From Euglena gracilis (lineage: Eukaryota): a stretch of 64,000 nt of DNA. The stretch lies in contig CP154954.1 in NCBI GenBank assembly GCA_039621445.1, positions 6,707,425 to 6,771,424 on the forward strand. Reading direction: 5' to 3'. Shown one piece after another: positions 46,850 through 64,000 of this stretch (position 1 is the stretch's first letter; each line of letters opens with the position of its first letter). Position numbers and translations under genes: made by a program. The notes under the pieces were generated by a model. That model saw only the letters and a program-made list of their open reading frames with translations, had not been told where the DNA came from and made no database searches.

Positions 46850-48045
46850 TGACTGGGAATGACTATTTGTGACTGCGTGTGACTGGGCGTGACTGCGTGT
46901 GACCGGGCGTGACTGCGTGTGACCGGGCGTGGCTGCATGTGACTGGGCGTGACTGCGTGTGAATGGGCACGACTGCGTGTGACTGGGCGTGACTGGGCGT
47001 GACTGCGTGTGACTGGGCTTGGCTGCGTGTGACTGGGTGTGCCTGGGCGTGACTGCGTGTGTCTGGGCGTTACTGCGTGTGGCTGGGCGTGACTGCGTGG
47101 GACTGCACGTGACTGGGCGTGACTAGGCGTGACTGGGTGTGGCTGCGTGTGACTGGGCATGACTGCGAGTGGCTGGGCGTGACTGGGCGTGACTGCGTGT
47201 GACTGGGCGTGGCTGCGTGTGACTGGGCGTGGCTGCGTGTGACTGGGCATGACTGCGTGTGACTGGGCGTGAATGGGCGTGACTGGGCGTGACTGGGCGT
47301 GACTGCGTGTGACTGGGCGTGGCTGCGTGTGACTGGGCATGACTGCGTGTGACTGGACGTGACTGCGTGTGACTGGACGTGACTGGGCGTGACTGGGCGT
47401 GACTGGGCGTGACTGCGTGTGACTGGGCGTGACTGCGTGTGACTGGGCGTGGCTGCGTGTGACTGGGCGTGGCTGCGTGTGACTGCGTGTGACTGGACGT
47501 GACTGGGCGTGACTGGGCGTGACTGGGCGTGACTGTGTGTGACTGGGGGTGGCTGCGTGTGACTGGGCGTGACTGGGCGTGACTGCGTGTGACTGGGCGT
47601 GGCTGCGTGTGACTGCGTGTGACTGGACATGACTGGGCATCACTGCGTGTGACTGGGCGTGACTGGGCGTGACTGCGTGTGACTGGGCGTGGCTGCGTGT
47701 GACTGGGCGTGACTGTGTGTGAATGGGCATGACTGGGCCTGACTGCGTGTGACTGGGCGTGACTGGGCATGACTGCGTGTGACTGGGCTTGGCTGCGTGT
47801 GACTGCGTGTGACTGGGCGTGGCTGCGTGCGACTGGGCGTGGCTGCGTGTGAATGAGCATGACTGCGTGTGACTGGGCGTGACTGCGTGTGACTGTGCGT
47901 GGCTGCGTGTGACTGGGCGTGGCTGCGTGTGACTGGGTATGACTGGGCGTGACTGCGTGTGGCTGCGTGTGACTGGGCGTTACTGTGTGTGGATGGGTGT
48001 GACTGCGTGTGAATGCGCGTGACTGGGCGTGACTGGGCGTGACCG
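46850..48045. repeat. ~1.2-kb decamer minisatellite (GACTGGGCGT / GACTGCGTGT / GGCTGCGTGT variants)
   Basis: The 10-bp register is kept through about 120 units. Confidence 0.97.
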
Positions 48046-49374
48046 GGTTCAGGATTCTGGATGTTCATGGGTGTTTGCTTCGGGCCCACCAGCGCGCCGG
48101 CGGTCGACGGGGCCCGTCCAGTTTGCTGCCGTTCGATGGCGTCCGTTTGGTTCCACTGCCGGCTGTACACTACCCCCTCCCTTGCTGTGGAGCCCCAGGG
48201 GCTCTGTCTGCCTGCCCTCGCCCTTGCAACCCGAACACGGTCACCATTTGTGGCCATCAGAGTCTGCCCCTCCTGCCCCTCCCCACTCCCCAACCACGCA
48301 TGAACGCGACCGCCCCCCCCCCCAACGTTGCACACGTGCAGCCCAGTCCTGCCCCTGGACCTCCCGTGCCACTGGAACTAATATGCCACTCCTTGGCGAG
48401 TGGGCATTGCTTCTGTGTCATATCTTGTTTTGCTGGTCCGCTTTTCCGATTCAAAGGTGGTTTGGAGCCAAAATGACCCACTCACATATTTTGCAGAAGC
48501 TTATTATGCAAATCTTTGTATAAACATCTCATAAAAGAGCAGCATGGGGTAAACCCTTCCTTAAGGAGAAAACCTTTCCCATTTCAAAAACCAGCCCTAT
48601 CCGACCTCCAGCAAACTACAGCGGGGGGGGGAGGCAACACAGACCTAGAAAATGTAAAAAAGACACCCCCGATGAACACTGCTAGACAAGACTCACCTTC
48701 TCAAGAAAATCTCAGAATTTTATTTAATTCTGCAATATTACATGTCATGCAACATTGCGCTTAAGTTGGGCAAATTTTTGCATATTTCTCACTGGTATAA
48801 CAAGGTCCAAAAAATTGTCGAGCAAAAACTCAAAAATCACTGGCACAAAAAAAGCACATTTTTTTACCAAAATTGAACAAAAACATCCCCTGCACAGGCC
48901 ATGCCCAGAAAGGTAGCTTAAAATAACCATGCTCCAAACATTACCAATTTGTGGTGACCCACCCAAAGGGCGCCGGAATGGTAATTATAAACCAGAGTAC
49001 TAAAATAGAAAGAGATAATACTGCATATATTTAGAACACTTGAATCCCAAAATGTGGCCCCACTTCTCCACTTATGGATCTTAGATGCTGATGTGTCAGT
49101 CTGGCCGCCGCATCTTGGTGGCATGTGCAGCCCATTAGACATGGCGTGGCAGCCATCAAGCCACGCGATGTGTTGCGGGGGTGGCCAGCTGACAGGGCTC
49201 CGGGAGATAATTTTCCTGTAAACGTCGACGCAATTTTCTCCCCCCCGTGTGCCGTTCGCATGGGCAGTTCACGCTTAAGTTATCCTTGCCGCCCAAACAA
49301 ACACGGGTCCCCCTGAGCCCCCCCTTCCTTCCGGGTGGTGGGTGTGTGGGTCCTGACCCTCAACACAGGGGGCC

Positions 49375-63142
<13,768 letters not shown>

Positions 63143-64000
63143 GCCCAGGGCCCAGGGTCTATGGGGCTGGCAGTGGCCATTGCTTCACAGGGCACCACTT
63201 GAGCCTCTTTTCTGACCCAAAAAAACCCACCACAGGGCACAACGGAGCGTTTGGGCCGGTAAAGGATCAGCAGCCCCATCCCTCACCAGGGAACAGTTGC
63301 ACTCCAGTGTATCCCCTGCAAAGGTACACAACATATTATTCCGAAGTGAAGGAAACGCTAGGTTTTTGGTATGCCACTGATGCCAACAGCTTTTTGATGC
63401 TAAACGCTCTTTGAATGGGATAAACCTCCCTCCTCAAATAAGGCCAACCAAAAAATGAAACAACCCCAAAAACAAACCCCCCCAGTCGATTTTCACCCAA
63501 AATCCATAATTGGACCGAGGATATTCACAGGAAAACCCAAGAATGGACTCCAGTAAAGCTGAGCCAATTTTTGTTGATGGAGAAGGATCCAGCTTTATGG
63601 ACCTCCTATTTTGAGCCTTACCACAGAGTTAATTTTAACCAACGCCCTCAGCAATAACCAAAAGTGGCTCCCTAAAGTTGAAGATAGAGTTGAATTTGAA
63701 GATCCCTTTTGAGATTTTCAGCAACGGGACCAAAATGTAGCCCAAGATCTTATGTTTTTGGGGGGTTGGTCGGAGGAAGGGGTCTTGAGTGCATACCAAC
63801 AATCGCTGTTGTGTGTTGTCGCTGTCGATGCTGTTGTGCCATTGGAAAGCAGAGAAAGATCACCCAAAAACATAAATGTGTCCCGTCAGAAGGGGGATTC
63901 TTATCACAAGGGGGGATAAATATCCACATTTTTTCTTCAATTTCCGCAATTTCCACAATTTCTGCAATTCGGTGCAATTTTCTTGCAATTTCTGCAGTTT

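Noticed and set aside
46771-48335. Minus-strand ORFs of 186-319 aa (VTPSHAQSHA repeats), and a possible CRISPR-like array
   Set aside because: They come from a decamer satellite that is open in several frames. There are no unique spacers and no cas genes, and the context is eukaryotic.
22503-49374. All three genes on the + strand as evidence of polycistronic transcription
   Set aside because: Three co-oriented genes occur readily by chance, and nothing in the sequence shows co-transcription.

Overview
This is eukaryotic, intron-rich nuclear DNA that looks euglenid (Euglena-like). Short exons sit among microsatellites and many miniature inverted-repeat transposons, and conventional GT/GC-AG introns are mixed with euglenid-type nonconventional introns (usually CAG at +4..+6 pairing with CTG at -8..-6). 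I spliced three + strand genes by hand: (1) the C-terminal 23 exons of GCN1 (2798-22502; 5' part outside the window); (2) a chromatin-reader-like gene with an ADD zinc finger, a Tudor-like barrel and a chromodomain (confident part 29943-~43017); (3) an ankyrin-repeat TRPV-like cation channel (49375 to beyond the window end). The main observation is that intact CAG...CTG (once CAA...TTG) elements with perfect 8-bp target-site duplications lie here, and the nonconventional introns have the geometry such an insertion would leave (3 nt + CAG ... CTG + 5 nt = 8 nt), often with a decayed 8-bp duplication still visible. This suggests an introner-like system in which hAT-type MITEs become nonconventional introns. 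Most ORFs in the supplied track are spurious. Splice junctions are inferred from reading frame, remembered homolog sequences and base pairing, not from transcripts.
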